DNA of 64,000 bases, from contig JBHLNY010000001.1 in the NCBI GenBank assembly GCA_048941065.1, positions 28 to 64,027 on the forward strand, written 5' to 3'. This DNA is from Promethearchaeota archaeon. Its GTDB lineage: Archaea > Asgardarchaeota > Lokiarchaeia > Sigyniarchaeales > SOKP01. Position numbers and translations under genes: made by a program. This document shows positions 1 through 9,680 of this stretch, piece by piece. The notes beneath the pieces are model-generated. The model searched no databases. It saw nothing but the letters and a program-made list of their open reading frames with translations, and was not told the origin of the DNA. Positions within the stretch are counted from its first letter, which is position 1; each line of letters starts with the position of its first letter.

Positions 1-628
1 TTATGTTAATATTTTTTGTAATCCCTGTTAAATTTTTAAATTTTTACTCGATAACTTATTTCTTTTTATTATTCTCTTCATTATACATTTTAATTTTCAT
101 TATAAACTTTGCAATTAACAGCACTTTCAGAAATAATGATTCATTTGAGATCTTTTTCAATACTAATTCTAAATTATCACATTTTAAGAGAAGTTTTATA
201 AAAATATTCTTTAAATTTTTAAATTTTTCAGAATTAGAGGGTTATAAGGAAGATAAACATCTTATTAAGTCTCTTACTATAATATATAATAATGCTAGAA
301 AAAAATTCCAAATTTTAGTTCAGTACAGACCTCCTCTTATGATTATCTGTTTGATTTCTTACTTTTCTTTTATATGGATTTATTTTTAAATTTCTTTTAA
401 TAAGATTGACTAAAATCTTCTATTTTCATTTACATCTAACGAGTTAATTTCAAAATTTTCAAGGATTAATATGATTTGAGTAAATTTTTGATAAAGAATT
501 AATTTTTATTTGAATTCTTGTAGTTATAGATTTTTAGAATGTATATAAATTAAGATATAAAATTTTAAATTTACGAATTTTTATTAAATTAATGAAGCTT
601 AATTATTTTTTAATGTGAAAAATAAGAG

Positions 629-1021
629 ATGGAGATTGAAAAAACAAGAGAGACCTCTTGGAAAATTCTTTTAAAAAATAAGGATCAAAACATAGAAATA
701 ACTTCAGTAGAAATTAGTGGTGAAGTTAGGATTATTAAGCTCGCTCTTCTAAATAAAGACCAATCAATAAGAGTTGAAATGAATAAAGACGAGTTTTTTA
801 ATTTTCTCTCTTTAATTTCGGCTTTTAAAGATGTAGTCATTGGAGAAGATTCATTTGTGATGGGTGAGGATTTAGATTTAATTGAAAGTACTCCCCAACA
901 AGAACAAGAGCCTAGCCCTATAAATACTGATATTTATCCAATTAATACCGAAAATTCGGAAAAAAATCTTGAGAATGAGGATACTGAAGAATTAAATCCT
1001 GAAGAATGGGATCCCTGGTAA
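629..1021 (+). CDS. hypothetical protein with acidic, Pro/Glu/Asn-rich C-terminal tail ending EEWDPW
   Basis: 130-aa ATG-initiated ORF. A compact N-terminal ~75 aa is followed by a low-complexity acidic tail. No family recognised. Confidence 0.45.
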   Translation: MEIEKTRETSWKILLKNKDQNIEITSVEISGEVRIIKLALLNKDQSIRVEMNKDEFFNFLSLISAFKDVVIGEDSFVMGEDLDLIESTPQQEQEPSPINTDIYPINTENSEKNLENEDTEELNPEEWDPW

Positions 1022-1030
1022 AGCTCGTAC

Positions 1031-1519
1031 TTATTCAATTCTTTCAATTTTAAATTCGCAATAGTTTAAATTTAAACCTTCAAGACAACATTCATTTTCA
1101 GAAACTGATACCCTATATAGAGCAAACTCTCCAAAACCTGTTAATAATCCTGTTATAAAATAACAAAAATATTTTGATTTATTTTCTAACTCTGTTGATA
1201 TATTATTATAAAGATGGATAACAATCAAATCTTCAGAAATAAGTTTAGGACTAAAAGATCCCCAACCTTGGTTACTTAAAATATTACAAAATTGATTAAC
1301 TAAATCTTCTAAAGATTTTGGCTTTAAATTTTCATCCCAATTTTGTATAAACGTCCAACCCGCCTTTTTACCAAGCCAAACTAATAGAGATTTTACACCC
1401 TCCCCATAAATTGATGAAAGAATGTCAACTATTTGTGGAGGAAAAAATACAAAACGATCATTAAATAATTCATATTTTCCCTTATTGTATTTTAATCCTT
1501 TCATTTTTAAAGTTCTCAT
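1031..1519 (-). CDS. V4R (4-vinyl reductase) domain protein, bet3/TRAPP-related small-molecule-binding fold
   Basis: The C-terminal pattern GWGSF...CYFITGLLTGFGE...VSVSENECCLEG...YCEFKI matches the V4R signature (C-x-f-x-x-G-x-x-x-G ... E-x-x-C ... C-x-F). Confidence 0.7.
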   Translation of the reverse strand: MRTLKMKGLKYNKGKYELFNDRFVFFPPQIVDILSSIYGEGVKSLLVWLGKKAGWTFIQNWDENLKPKSLEDLVNQFCNILSNQGWGSFSPKLISEDLIVIHLYNNISTELENKSKYFCYFITGLLTGFGEFALYRVSVSENECCLEGLNLNYCEFKIERIE

Positions 1520-1601
1520 AATAATTATCAGCTTTTTTTCTTATTTAATATTTTGTAAACTTATAAGACAAGATCTTTAAATAATTCTTTTAAGAACTAA
1601 T

Positions 1602-1907
1602 ATGGATATGTTTGAATTTAACTTAATATTATTTGAGATTTTTCTTTTCTTAAGTTTTTTTGTTTTAATTTTTATATATTCAGTTATATCAGCTGATCAA
1701 TTAGTTACACTAATGTCTTTTCTATTATTTTTAATTCTTCTAATTCCATTATATTCCTTATTAAAAAAGTTAGAATCATTAGTATATCTTAGTAATTTTA
1801 TTAATATCTCTTTTTTCGGTCTTCTCTTCTTTTATTCAAACTTAATAAATCTTTTCATTGGTATATGTTTATTTGTTGAGTTAATATATCTCTTTTTTTT
1901 CTCTTAG
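1602..1907 (+). CDS. small hydrophobic protein (about 3 predicted TM segments), hypothetical
   Basis: 101-aa ORF filling an otherwise empty 410-bp gap. It is very Phe/Leu/Ile-rich, which could also be a compositional artefact. Confidence 0.3.
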   Translation: MDMFEFNLILFEIFLFLSFFVLIFIYSVISADQLVTLMSFLLFLILLIPLYSLLKKLESLVYLSNFINISFFGLLFFYSNLINLFIGICLFVELIYLFFFS

Positions 1908-1929
1908 TAAGACTAAATTTTAATTGTAT

Positions 1930-3456
1930 CTATACAAAATTCAGTACATTTAGAAATGAGATTGAAAAAGTCAAAAAGTATACTACGTTCACAATTAAAA
2001 TTATAAAGAATTGCTTGATTTGATTAATAATTCTTAAAAAGTAATAAGAAGTAATCGAAATTGTAGATAATAAAGTCAAGAAAATAATGATTATATCTTT
2101 GAAATACTTCGAATTAAAGAATAGATTAAATGTGAAATTATTAGTCAATTCTATATTTTTAGTTAATAATATAAAAAAAGGAAGCATGCCCCCAATAACT
2201 CCTGTAATAATTGGCAGAAGAAATAAGAAAAAAAAGACTTTAAATTTTTCTCCTTTGATTATTATTTCTAATTTTTTTTCCAGTTTTTGATGTTTTGATA
2301 AAATTGTCAGAATTTCGAATATTTTTTCGGAAGAATAATACGCATTCTGTTTAATAAATTTCTCAATTGCATCTAAAATTATTCTAAAGCGTATAGAATT
2401 TAATTCAAATTTTAAATTTTTAATCATTTCTTGGAATGAACAAGAAATATTTAAAAGTAAAGAAATTTGATTTTTTAAAGGCTCTTTTATTATATTATAT
2501 AGATTTCTATTTTGAATATAAGATTTAAAGAAAGCATATTCTGGTGATATATTTCTAGCTAAATTATTAGCAAAACTTTTTAAAAAAAGGATAAATTCAT
2601 GAAATCTTTTTTTATCTAAATTTGAATATTCACCTAATAATCCTATTAAGAAATTATTTTGTTTTAGAAACTTTTTAAATAATAAATTTAGTATGAAAAG
2701 GAAGATAGCAATAAGAAATAATATTAAAATTTGATTAACTAATTGGAATAATAGAAGAAAGCATAATCCTATTGGAAAAAATAATCCAATAAAGAATATT
2801 ATACTTAATTTCGATTCTACCTCTCTTAAATAGATTTTAAATTTTTTTTCTAGTGTATTTTCATTAAAATCTTCAAATGTATACTCATTGTTGAAATTAT
2901 TGGTTAATAATTCATTTAAATAATTATTAAAATCTTCAGAAGGAGTTATAATTTTTATAAGTGCTTTTTCAGGTATTTCTCCTTCATGAATTTTTTTTAA
3001 AATTTTTTTAAAATTATCTGAAATTGGAAGATTATAATTTTTTATTAATTCTATGAAACTAACACAATAGTCAGATTTATTATTTAAGGATTTTTGAATT
3101 AAAGAAAAGTCGATTTTAATTATATAAAGCATAGCATTAATGACAGATTCTTCTTTACGGATTTCATTTAAAAGATAAACGCTAAATTTATAGGATAGAA
3201 TTAAAGAGAACAGAAATGAATAGAAGATAATAATCAAAAGATGAAATGATGAAAAAACGAATAAAGAAATTATAGAAAATCCAAATGAGATAAAGAATAT
3301 TGCAAAATTAGCTTTATAAATGTCATTTTCACTAATATCATAAATTTCATTATATATCCTTTTATATCTTTCACTTAATTCCTTAAATTTTAATTTGGGT
3401 AAAATTAGATTATGAAATTTTCTACAAATGTGGAGATACTTTTCAATGAGTTTCAT
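1930..3456 (-). CDS. polytopic membrane protein, FlaJ/TadC/PilC-like (T2SS-F type) platform candidate
   Basis: 508 aa with hydrophobic blocks alternating with soluble helical segments, in two halves. It is the last gene of an operon headed by a secretion-type ATPase. The call rests on context plus topology only. Confidence 0.5.
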   Translation of the reverse strand: MKLIEKYLHICRKFHNLILPKLKFKELSERYKRIYNEIYDISENDIYKANFAIFFISFGFSIISLFVFSSFHLLIIIFYSFLFSLILSYKFSVYLLNEIRKEESVINAMLYIIKIDFSLIQKSLNNKSDYCVSFIELIKNYNLPISDNFKKILKKIHEGEIPEKALIKIITPSEDFNNYLNELLTNNFNNEYTFEDFNENTLEKKFKIYLREVESKLSIIFFIGLFFPIGLCFLLLFQLVNQILILFLIAIFLFILNLLFKKFLKQNNFLIGLLGEYSNLDKKRFHEFILFLKSFANNLARNISPEYAFFKSYIQNRNLYNIIKEPLKNQISLLLNISCSFQEMIKNLKFELNSIRFRIILDAIEKFIKQNAYYSSEKIFEILTILSKHQKLEKKLEIIIKGEKFKVFFFLFLLPIITGVIGGMLPFFILLTKNIELTNNFTFNLFFNSKYFKDIIIIFLTLLSTISITSYYFLRIINQIKQFFIILIVNVVYFLTFSISFLNVLNFV

Positions 3457-3474
3457 AAGCTTAATTTTTTGATA

Positions 3475-3891
3475 TTAATCAATAAATTGAATTTTTATTC
3501 GATGTGAATTGAAAGAAACATTCAAGAGGTATGCTTTAGGTAAAAAATCATGAAAGAAGTAATAGCTAAAAATTTCTTCATAAAAGAGAATTATAGTTTG
3601 TTTTTCATTACTAATAATAAAATCAAATTTAGCATATTGATTATAAAAAGTTATATTTAAATTTGTTGGATATTCAACATATTTGAGATAATATTCTTCT
3701 GGGTTATCAATAATGTAAAGTATGGCTTGATCTATCTCATCAATAAAGGATGTGTAAATCTCTATATCTTTTTTTTCATTATTATTAAAATCTGCAAAAT
3801 CATCTAAAAAAGGACTAATTAAAGAAAAGAAAATTAATAAAGTGAAAATTCCAAAACCTATAATCAATGATTTTTCTAATAAATTTGTCAT
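3475..3891 (-). CDS. N-terminally membrane-anchored small protein (FlaF/FlaG- or pilin-like position in operon)
   Basis: 138 aa with a single N-terminal hydrophobic helix (LIIGFGIFTLLIFFSLI) and then a beta-rich soluble part. It lies between the ATPase and the platform gene. Confidence 0.4.
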   Translation of the reverse strand: MTNLLEKSLIIGFGIFTLLIFFSLISPFLDDFADFNNNEKKDIEIYTSFIDEIDQAILYIIDNPEEYYLKYVEYPTNLNITFYNQYAKFDFIISNEKQTIILFYEEIFSYYFFHDFLPKAYLLNVSFNSHRIKIQFID

Positions 3892-3907
3892 GTAATTAAT
3901 TTTAATT

Positions 3908-6094
3908 TTAAAAATTTAAACAACGATTCTTTTTCCATTTATTCCAAAAATTTTCAATTAGGTCATATGATTGAAAAGAATAAAAAGCTAGTTTATGGAA
4001 AAATTCAACTAATTCATGATTATCTATTTTTTTAATTTTAGACAGAGAAGTGAATATATTATTATATATTTTAATTACAAGGGAGAATTTTTCTTTATTT
4101 AAATCTTCATATTTTCTTAATTCATTAATTATTTCAGTTTCAAAAAGAGGGACTAGTAAATCCCATTTATTTAATTCTGGATTATATTGGAATATATTAT
4201 TGTACAATTTTTCCATTCCTAAATAATTGCTACCAAATTCAGAAATTGAGATAACTCTTCTTTGATTATAATCTTTACTCATTAAAATAACAAGATCTAA
4301 ATCATTCAAGCATGATTTACTGATTTTAAAATGATAAACAATACGATTTATTAATGAATCAATATCATTAGAATGGATTGTTTGAAAGCCTCTTAATCCA
4401 GCAGCAAGACAATGAAACATTGCTTCTGCCTCTTCTTTTGTCAAGATTTCACCTAAATATATAATATCTGGTGTTCTATGTAAAAGCGTTTTAATTTGAC
4501 TACTTTTAGAAAATTGTTCTTTTAGAGATGCATTATAAGAGTCAACTTTATATTTTAACTGATGTTTTCCAAAATCAAATTGATTTAAAGATTCTACTAT
4601 ATTTTCAACATATATCTTTCTAAATTCTTTAGGAGTCAATAAGTCTAACGCATTAATCAGGGTTGTTTTTCCACTATCAGTTATGCCGGTAACAGTTATA
4701 TTTCTTCTTCGTAAAATGTTAAAGTATATAAAACTAACCATTAAAGGGTTTAAAGTCCCATTTTTTAATAAATCTTGAATATTAAGAATGTTCTTATTCA
4801 ATTTTCTTATATCTAATGCGAAATTATTCAATTGAATAGGTTCAATATCTAAAGCAAATCTACAATAAAAAAATTTATTTTTTAATACAAGTTTTATACC
4901 TGGATTCATAAAATCTAGTCTTTGACCACTATAGAGTCTTAATAATGTCTTTATCCTTTCAATTTCTCGTAAATTAAAGTTTATATCTGTTCGACATCGT
5001 CCATATTTTTGGTGATTAATATAAATTTTATCATGCGGAGAATCTAAGAATATTTCTTCAATAAAATCATCAATTAACAAGGGAAAAATTTTTTCTAAAT
5101 TTAACCTATTTAGGGCTGAAATAAATGCTATCTTATATTTTTCAGTTTTTGAAAATTTGTATTTTTCATTAAGAATTCTTAAGGATTCTCTATTATAGAT
5201 ACTTATTAAATCTTCTAATGGAATGATTTGATTAAAATTGGTCAAGTTTAAGCTACTTGATACATCTTGGATAATTTTTTTGAAATAATTCTCTTTTGCA
5301 TTTGATTCGAATCTGTAGTGGACATTGTATTTTTTTTCAGCCTCAAATAAAATGTTGTAAATGTAAACCTGATAAAGGTCGTTTTGCCCAATATAATAAG
5401 TTTCAAGAGATTCCTTACTTTTTAATTTAGTATGTTGTTTAGTGTCTTGTTTTTTTAAAGATGTTTCGAGAGAATTAAAAAACAGTTTCTCATAAAAAGA
5501 AGAATCCTCTTGATATTTATTTTTTACATTTTTAAAGTTAAGATATAATTTTATAATTTTTAGACTATTTAAGATTTCAAAAATGTAATTTTCTATACTT
5601 TTTAGATAATTATAACAATTTTGGCAGAAATTATCATATATTTTAATTTTTTCTATAGAATAACTTCTTTTCAAAAAAAGATTATATACTAAAATTGGGT
5701 CATAATACTTGAAGCTAGGTATATTAACTAAAGAAAAATAATGTGGAAAGTTCTTGCATTTAAATTCTTGATAAATACATCTCTTTTTCCTAAGATCTTC
5801 AACTTTTTGATTTAATCTATTTATCTTATTTAATTTTTTGAAATACTCTAAAAATAAATCTAATTTGTCAGCGTTAATTAAGATTTCATTTTTTGAAATT
5901 AAAATTTGATCAAATTTTCGATTTTTATTAATAAATAAGCTTTTTAAAAAACAATTAATGCATTTTTTATTCTTATAGAAGTATTTCTCTTTCTCAGAAC
6001 ATTTTTTGCAATCAATAATTAAGAGTTTCTCTTTTTTACCTACTATACTATCTTTTTCATTAAAAAAGACTCGTTTTTTTAGATTTTGTACCAT
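3908..6094 (-). CDS. type II/IV secretion-family ATPase (FlaI/PilB/VirB11/TadA superfamily) with long N-terminal extension
   Basis: Walker A is GITDSGKTTLINAL. The Walker B/Asp box is TPDIIYLGEILTKEE. The His box is AAGLRGFQTIHSND. About 440 aa precede the ATPase core and include CKKCSEKEKYFYKNKKCINC (CxxC-x12-CxxC). Confidence 0.8.
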   Translation of the reverse strand: MVQNLKKRVFFNEKDSIVGKKEKLLIIDCKKCSEKEKYFYKNKKCINCFLKSLFINKNRKFDQILISKNEILINADKLDLFLEYFKKLNKINRLNQKVEDLRKKRCIYQEFKCKNFPHYFSLVNIPSFKYYDPILVYNLFLKRSYSIEKIKIYDNFCQNCYNYLKSIENYIFEILNSLKIIKLYLNFKNVKNKYQEDSSFYEKLFFNSLETSLKKQDTKQHTKLKSKESLETYYIGQNDLYQVYIYNILFEAEKKYNVHYRFESNAKENYFKKIIQDVSSSLNLTNFNQIIPLEDLISIYNRESLRILNEKYKFSKTEKYKIAFISALNRLNLEKIFPLLIDDFIEEIFLDSPHDKIYINHQKYGRCRTDINFNLREIERIKTLLRLYSGQRLDFMNPGIKLVLKNKFFYCRFALDIEPIQLNNFALDIRKLNKNILNIQDLLKNGTLNPLMVSFIYFNILRRRNITVTGITDSGKTTLINALDLLTPKEFRKIYVENIVESLNQFDFGKHQLKYKVDSYNASLKEQFSKSSQIKTLLHRTPDIIYLGEILTKEEAEAMFHCLAAGLRGFQTIHSNDIDSLINRIVYHFKISKSCLNDLDLVILMSKDYNQRRVISISEFGSNYLGMEKLYNNIFQYNPELNKWDLLVPLFETEIINELRKYEDLNKEKFSLVIKIYNNIFTSLSKIKKIDNHELVEFFHKLAFYSFQSYDLIENFWNKWKKNRCLNF

Positions 6095-6226
6095 TTAAAC
6101 TCTTTTTGAAATGAAAAAATTTAAATAACACGATTTTATTTATCCGTAGAAGTTTATGGATTAAATCTTGAATGAAAAAATTTATTTATTTTAAAAAATT
6201 CATATCCAAAAGTTAAGTGATTATTT

Positions 6227-7246
6227 ATGGGTCATCGCAAAAAGCACGCACCCAGACATGGGTCATTAGCATACCTTCCTAGAAAAAAGGCTTCACAGAT
6301 CAAGGGTAGAGTGAGACATTGGCTAGATAATTCAGAAGATATTAATTATCTTGGATTTGCTGGTTTTAAAGTAGGAATGACTCATATTACATATATTGAA
6401 GATCAAAGAAATAGTCCTTATTATGGAAAAGAAATAATGAAACCTGTGACTATTATTGAGGTTCCATCACTAATCCAAATAGGGATTAGAGTCTACAATG
6501 AAGATGAATATGGAAAATATATTTGTGGTGAATTATTCACCGATAACTTTAATAATTACTTAACGAGAAAAATTAATATCCCAAATACAGAAGGATATAA
6601 TTTTAAGAAGATTAAAAAAGAAATTTTGGGAAATTTAAATGATACTAGTGAAATCAGAGCAATATTTCAAAGTCAACCCAATAAGACGTCTTTACCGAGG
6701 AAAAAACCCGATATTATTGAAATTAAAATAAATTCAGTAAGTAATCCTAAAAAAGAGTTTGAATTCGCTTTAGAAAAATTAGGTAAAGAAATTAGAGCCC
6801 GAGACATACTAAGAGAGGGAGAATTAATTGATGTGATTAGTGTAACTAAAGGAAAGGGTTTTCAAGGTCCTGTAAAGAGATATGGTGTTAGAATTTTAAC
6901 AAGGAAAAATAGCAAAATTAGAAGAGCTGTAGCCTGTATTGGTCCTTGGCACCCTGCTAGAGTGCTCTATACTGTACCACGTGCTGGGCAAATGGGTTAT
7001 CATCAGAGGACTGAATATCATAAAAGAATTATGCTGTTAGGTGAAAATGAGGAAGAAATCAATCCAAAGGGAGGATTTATAAGATATGGCAAGATACAAG
7101 GAGATTATATATTGATTTTGGGATCAATTCCTGGACCAAAGAAAAGATTAATTAGAATAAGAAAAACCATCAGGCCATTAAAATCCTTCATTGTACAATC
7201 TCCAGAGATTACTTTTATTAGTCGAGAAAGTCACCAAAGAAGGTAA
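6227..7246 (+). CDS. rpl3: 50S ribosomal protein uL3
   Basis: The N-terminus MGHRKKHAPRHGSLAYLPRKKA and the KGKGFQGPVKRYG motif are typical of archaeal L3. The gene heads an L3-L4-L23 cluster. Confidence 0.95.
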   Translation: MGHRKKHAPRHGSLAYLPRKKASQIKGRVRHWLDNSEDINYLGFAGFKVGMTHITYIEDQRNSPYYGKEIMKPVTIIEVPSLIQIGIRVYNEDEYGKYICGELFTDNFNNYLTRKINIPNTEGYNFKKIKKEILGNLNDTSEIRAIFQSQPNKTSLPRKKPDIIEIKINSVSNPKKEFEFALEKLGKEIRARDILREGELIDVISVTKGKGFQGPVKRYGVRILTRKNSKIRRAVACIGPWHPARVLYTVPRAGQMGYHQRTEYHKRIMLLGENEEEINPKGGFIRYGKIQGDYILILGSIPGPKKRLIRIRKTIRPLKSFIVQSPEITFISRESHQRR

Positions 7247-7269
7247 AATTTGAATTATAGTGTGATTTT

Positions 7270-8058
7270 ATGGAAAAAAGTAATATATATAATTTAGATG
7301 GAAAAAAAAAAGGACTAGTCGATAAACCAAAGATATTTAATTTCAAACCTAGAAAAGATTTAATTCAAAAAGCAAGTGAGATCTCTCAAAGCAGAAAAAA
7401 ACAAATTCAAGGAAGAGATAAAGGTGCAGGATTAAAAAATGTTGCAGAAAGTTGGGGAACAGGACACGCTTTATCTAGAGCTCCAAGAATTAAAGGTTCT
7501 GGATTTATTACAGCAAGACAGGTGGGTAGAGTCCCCTTTGCTATAGGAGGTAGGCAGGCACATCCAATTAAAACAGAGAAAAATATAAAAAAAAAGATAA
7601 ATAAAAAGACTAAAAAGTTATCTATAATTTCTGCTATTTCTGCTTCCGGAGATATATCATGGGTCAAAAAAAGGGGTCATATAATAGATAATGTCCCAGA
7701 AATTCCTTTAGTTATTGATGATAAAGTACAATCAATTAAAAAAACAGCTACAATTTATTCAATTTTATGTAATTTAGGATTAAAAGAGGAATTACTTAAA
7801 AGTAAAAATAATAAAAAAATTAGAGCGGGTAAAGGAAAAAGAAGAGGACGTAAATATAAAAAGAAAAGAGGGATATTATTTGTAATTAAAGATGATTTTG
7901 GAATAAATAAAGCTCTAAGAAATATTCCAGGGATAGAAGTAATAAGATTTGAAAGCTTATCGATCGATGCTTTAGCACCTGGAGGGTTATCAGGTCGATT
8001 GGTATTATGGACACAATCTGCTTTTACAGCATTAAATAATTACGAGGTGTCAATTTAA
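7270..8058 (+). CDS. rpl4: 50S ribosomal protein uL4
   Basis: Its position is after rpl3. It carries the L4/L1e-type sequence (GRDKGAGLKNVAESWGTGHALSRAPRIKGSG...). Confidence 0.9.
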   Translation: MEKSNIYNLDGKKKGLVDKPKIFNFKPRKDLIQKASEISQSRKKQIQGRDKGAGLKNVAESWGTGHALSRAPRIKGSGFITARQVGRVPFAIGGRQAHPIKTEKNIKKKINKKTKKLSIISAISASGDISWVKKRGHIIDNVPEIPLVIDDKVQSIKKTATIYSILCNLGLKEELLKSKNNKKIRAGKGKRRGRKYKKKRGILFVIKDDFGINKALRNIPGIEVIRFESLSIDALAPGGLSGRLVLWTQSAFTALNNYEVSI

Positions 8059-8059
8059 G

Positions 8060-8323
8060 GTGGAGAGATTTTATAAAATTATTAAAAGACCATTAATCAC
8101 TGAAAAAACATTTGATTTAATTGAAAAAGAAAATAAACTAGTTTTTATTGTTGACCGATTATCAAATAAAAGTCAAATAAAAAAAGCGTTTGAAAAAATT
8201 CATAATGTAAAGGTAACTAAAGTAAATACTTTGATTACTATACAAGGAGAGAAAAAAGCATTTATTAAACTTCATCCCGATGACTCTGCTCAAGATATAG
8301 CAATTGATTTAGGGATTTTCTAA
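8060..8323 (+). CDS. rpl23: 50S ribosomal protein uL23
   Basis: 87 aa with a GTG start 2 nt after the rpl4 stop. The ITEKTFDLIEKENKLVFIVD...KVTKVNTL pattern is typical of L23. Confidence 0.9.
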   Translation: MERFYKIIKRPLITEKTFDLIEKENKLVFIVDRLSNKSQIKKAFEKIHNVKVTKVNTLITIQGEKKAFIKLHPDDSAQDIAIDLGIF

Positions 8324-9442
8324 TTTTAAGCTGTTTTTAAATATTTTTAAATTAAGAGTTGAGAATTCATTTGGATTTATAATTTTAATTTTCTTTAAAA
8401 GACTAATCTCTTTAATTTCTAATAGTTTATTATAATCTCTCTGATTTATTGTCAAAATATAGATGAAATATTTTAGATGATAATTTTCAATAATTTTTTG
8501 AATTAAATTGGTGTTTAGTGAAAGTAATACCAGAAGTAAGCACCATTGCTCTATAAAAATTAAATGTTTACTTAATCTTTTGAATTCGATTTGATTTTTT
8601 AATAAGTTGAGTTCAAGTTTAGTATTAAAATCTAGCAATGTTGAAAGTCTATTTTGATCTTCTGATAAAAACAAATCTTTTGAAGATTCTATGATATAAA
8701 AATGATCAGAGATCCCTATTCTCCATAATAGCTTGTATATTTCCTTTAACTTTACTCTTGATTTTTCTAATAAGGTTTCATCAAAAAAATGATTTATATT
8801 TTTTTCAATACTCTCTTTATCTTCTCCAAATTTGCTTTCTTCTACAAAATAAGCCATTATTTTTATATTATCACCAAAATCTAATTTAATATGAAAAATC
8901 AAAAAACCATTACGATCAAAATTATTAATTAAATTTAAAAAACAGTAAATAAAAGCACTTTTCTCTTCTATTCTATCCAAGTAAATTTTATAGAATGTCA
9001 GGCGTTTAGGATTTTTATTATCTTCAATCAAAATTGATTCTGAATCTTTCATTACTTTCAAATTAGAATCTCGATTGTTCAAAAATATAGAAATAAATTC
9101 TTTTTCTAAATTATCATTACGTAAAAATCTTATTGAAATCCTGCTCTTATTTAATCTTTCATAAATTATATTAAACAGCTTTCTAATTCTATCTTTTTCA
9201 ATATCCTCAAAATTTAGGATAATTATCTTTTTAATTTTTTCTTTAGGGTCAAATTGTATTGAGAAATATTTTATATATCTCTCAATTAAAAAATGGTTTA
9301 AAATAGAAAATAATGGATAAATGGTTTTTACTTCAAGGAAAGAAAAAGCTATGAATTTTTTGAGATTGCCTAAATTCTTATAAAAAATTAGGTTATTTTC
9401 AACTAGATATGATAATAATCCATATTTACCTTTTTTACCCAT
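8309..9442 (-). CDS. hypothetical protein (377 aa), no recognised domain
   Basis: Long uninterrupted ORF convergent with rpl23, overlapping it by 15 nt at the 3' ends. It is Lys/Ile/Leu/Asn-rich with no motifs recognised. Confidence 0.5.
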   Translation of the reverse strand: MGKKGKYGLLSYLVENNLIFYKNLGNLKKFIAFSFLEVKTIYPLFSILNHFLIERYIKYFSIQFDPKEKIKKIIILNFEDIEKDRIRKLFNIIYERLNKSRISIRFLRNDNLEKEFISIFLNNRDSNLKVMKDSESILIEDNKNPKRLTFYKIYLDRIEEKSAFIYCFLNLINNFDRNGFLIFHIKLDFGDNIKIMAYFVEESKFGEDKESIEKNINHFFDETLLEKSRVKLKEIYKLLWRIGISDHFYIIESSKDLFLSEDQNRLSTLLDFNTKLELNLLKNQIEFKRLSKHLIFIEQWCLLLVLLSLNTNLIQKIIENYHLKYFIYILTINQRDYNKLLEIKEISLLKKIKIINPNEFSTLNLKIFKNSLKLENP

Positions 9443-9680
9443 TTCGTTAATTATTTTAATATAAATTATAAAAACATAGACAATTTACAGTTTCTAATTT
9501 TGTTAAAAAACAATAAAGAAAACGCTATGTTAATTTTACCTTCCTAAAACCAATTATAATATCATAGATCAATATTTTAAATCCTGATAAAAATTCAAAT
9601 TTTACACTTAATTAAACCTACTTAAATTGAAAAATAAAACTTAAAATCAACATTAATTCTAGTATAAATTAACTCATAGT

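Noticed and set aside
3-389. 128-aa plus-strand ORF at the window start (MLIFFVIPVKFLNF...)
   Set aside because: It has an extremely Phe/Ile/Leu/Asn-rich low-complexity translation of T-rich DNA. No motif was recognised, and no supporting context such as a start region is visible inside the window. It could be a real small membrane protein, but I cannot support it.
2087-2290. Short antisense ORFs inside long genes (for example 2087-2290, 7407-7667, 11356-11805, 12304-12528, 13280-13561, 14093-14320, 18499-18717, 18859-19143, 19712-20005, 29439-29804, 33464-33697, 35982-36260, 36596-36898, 37319-37534, 38674-38862, 44867-45154, 46609-46947, 50717-50902, 55139-55375, 55997-56278, 57494-57751, 58214-58489, 59138-59347, 59460-59948, 62088-62279)
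   Set aside because: Each lies entirely within, and antisense to, a longer ORF with clear family motifs or clean coding character. Their translations are low-complexity Ser/Phe/Leu/Ile-rich, as expected for the reverse strand of Lys/Glu/Asn-rich genes.
7301-7315. Long A-runs inside coding regions (for example A10 in rpl4 at about 7305-7314, A13 in the polyprenol-kinase-like gene at about 34514-34526) as programmed frameshift sites
   Set aside because: The reading frames continue uninterrupted through them and encode Lys runs. Such homopolymers are common in this composition, and there is no downstream alternative frame with coding character.
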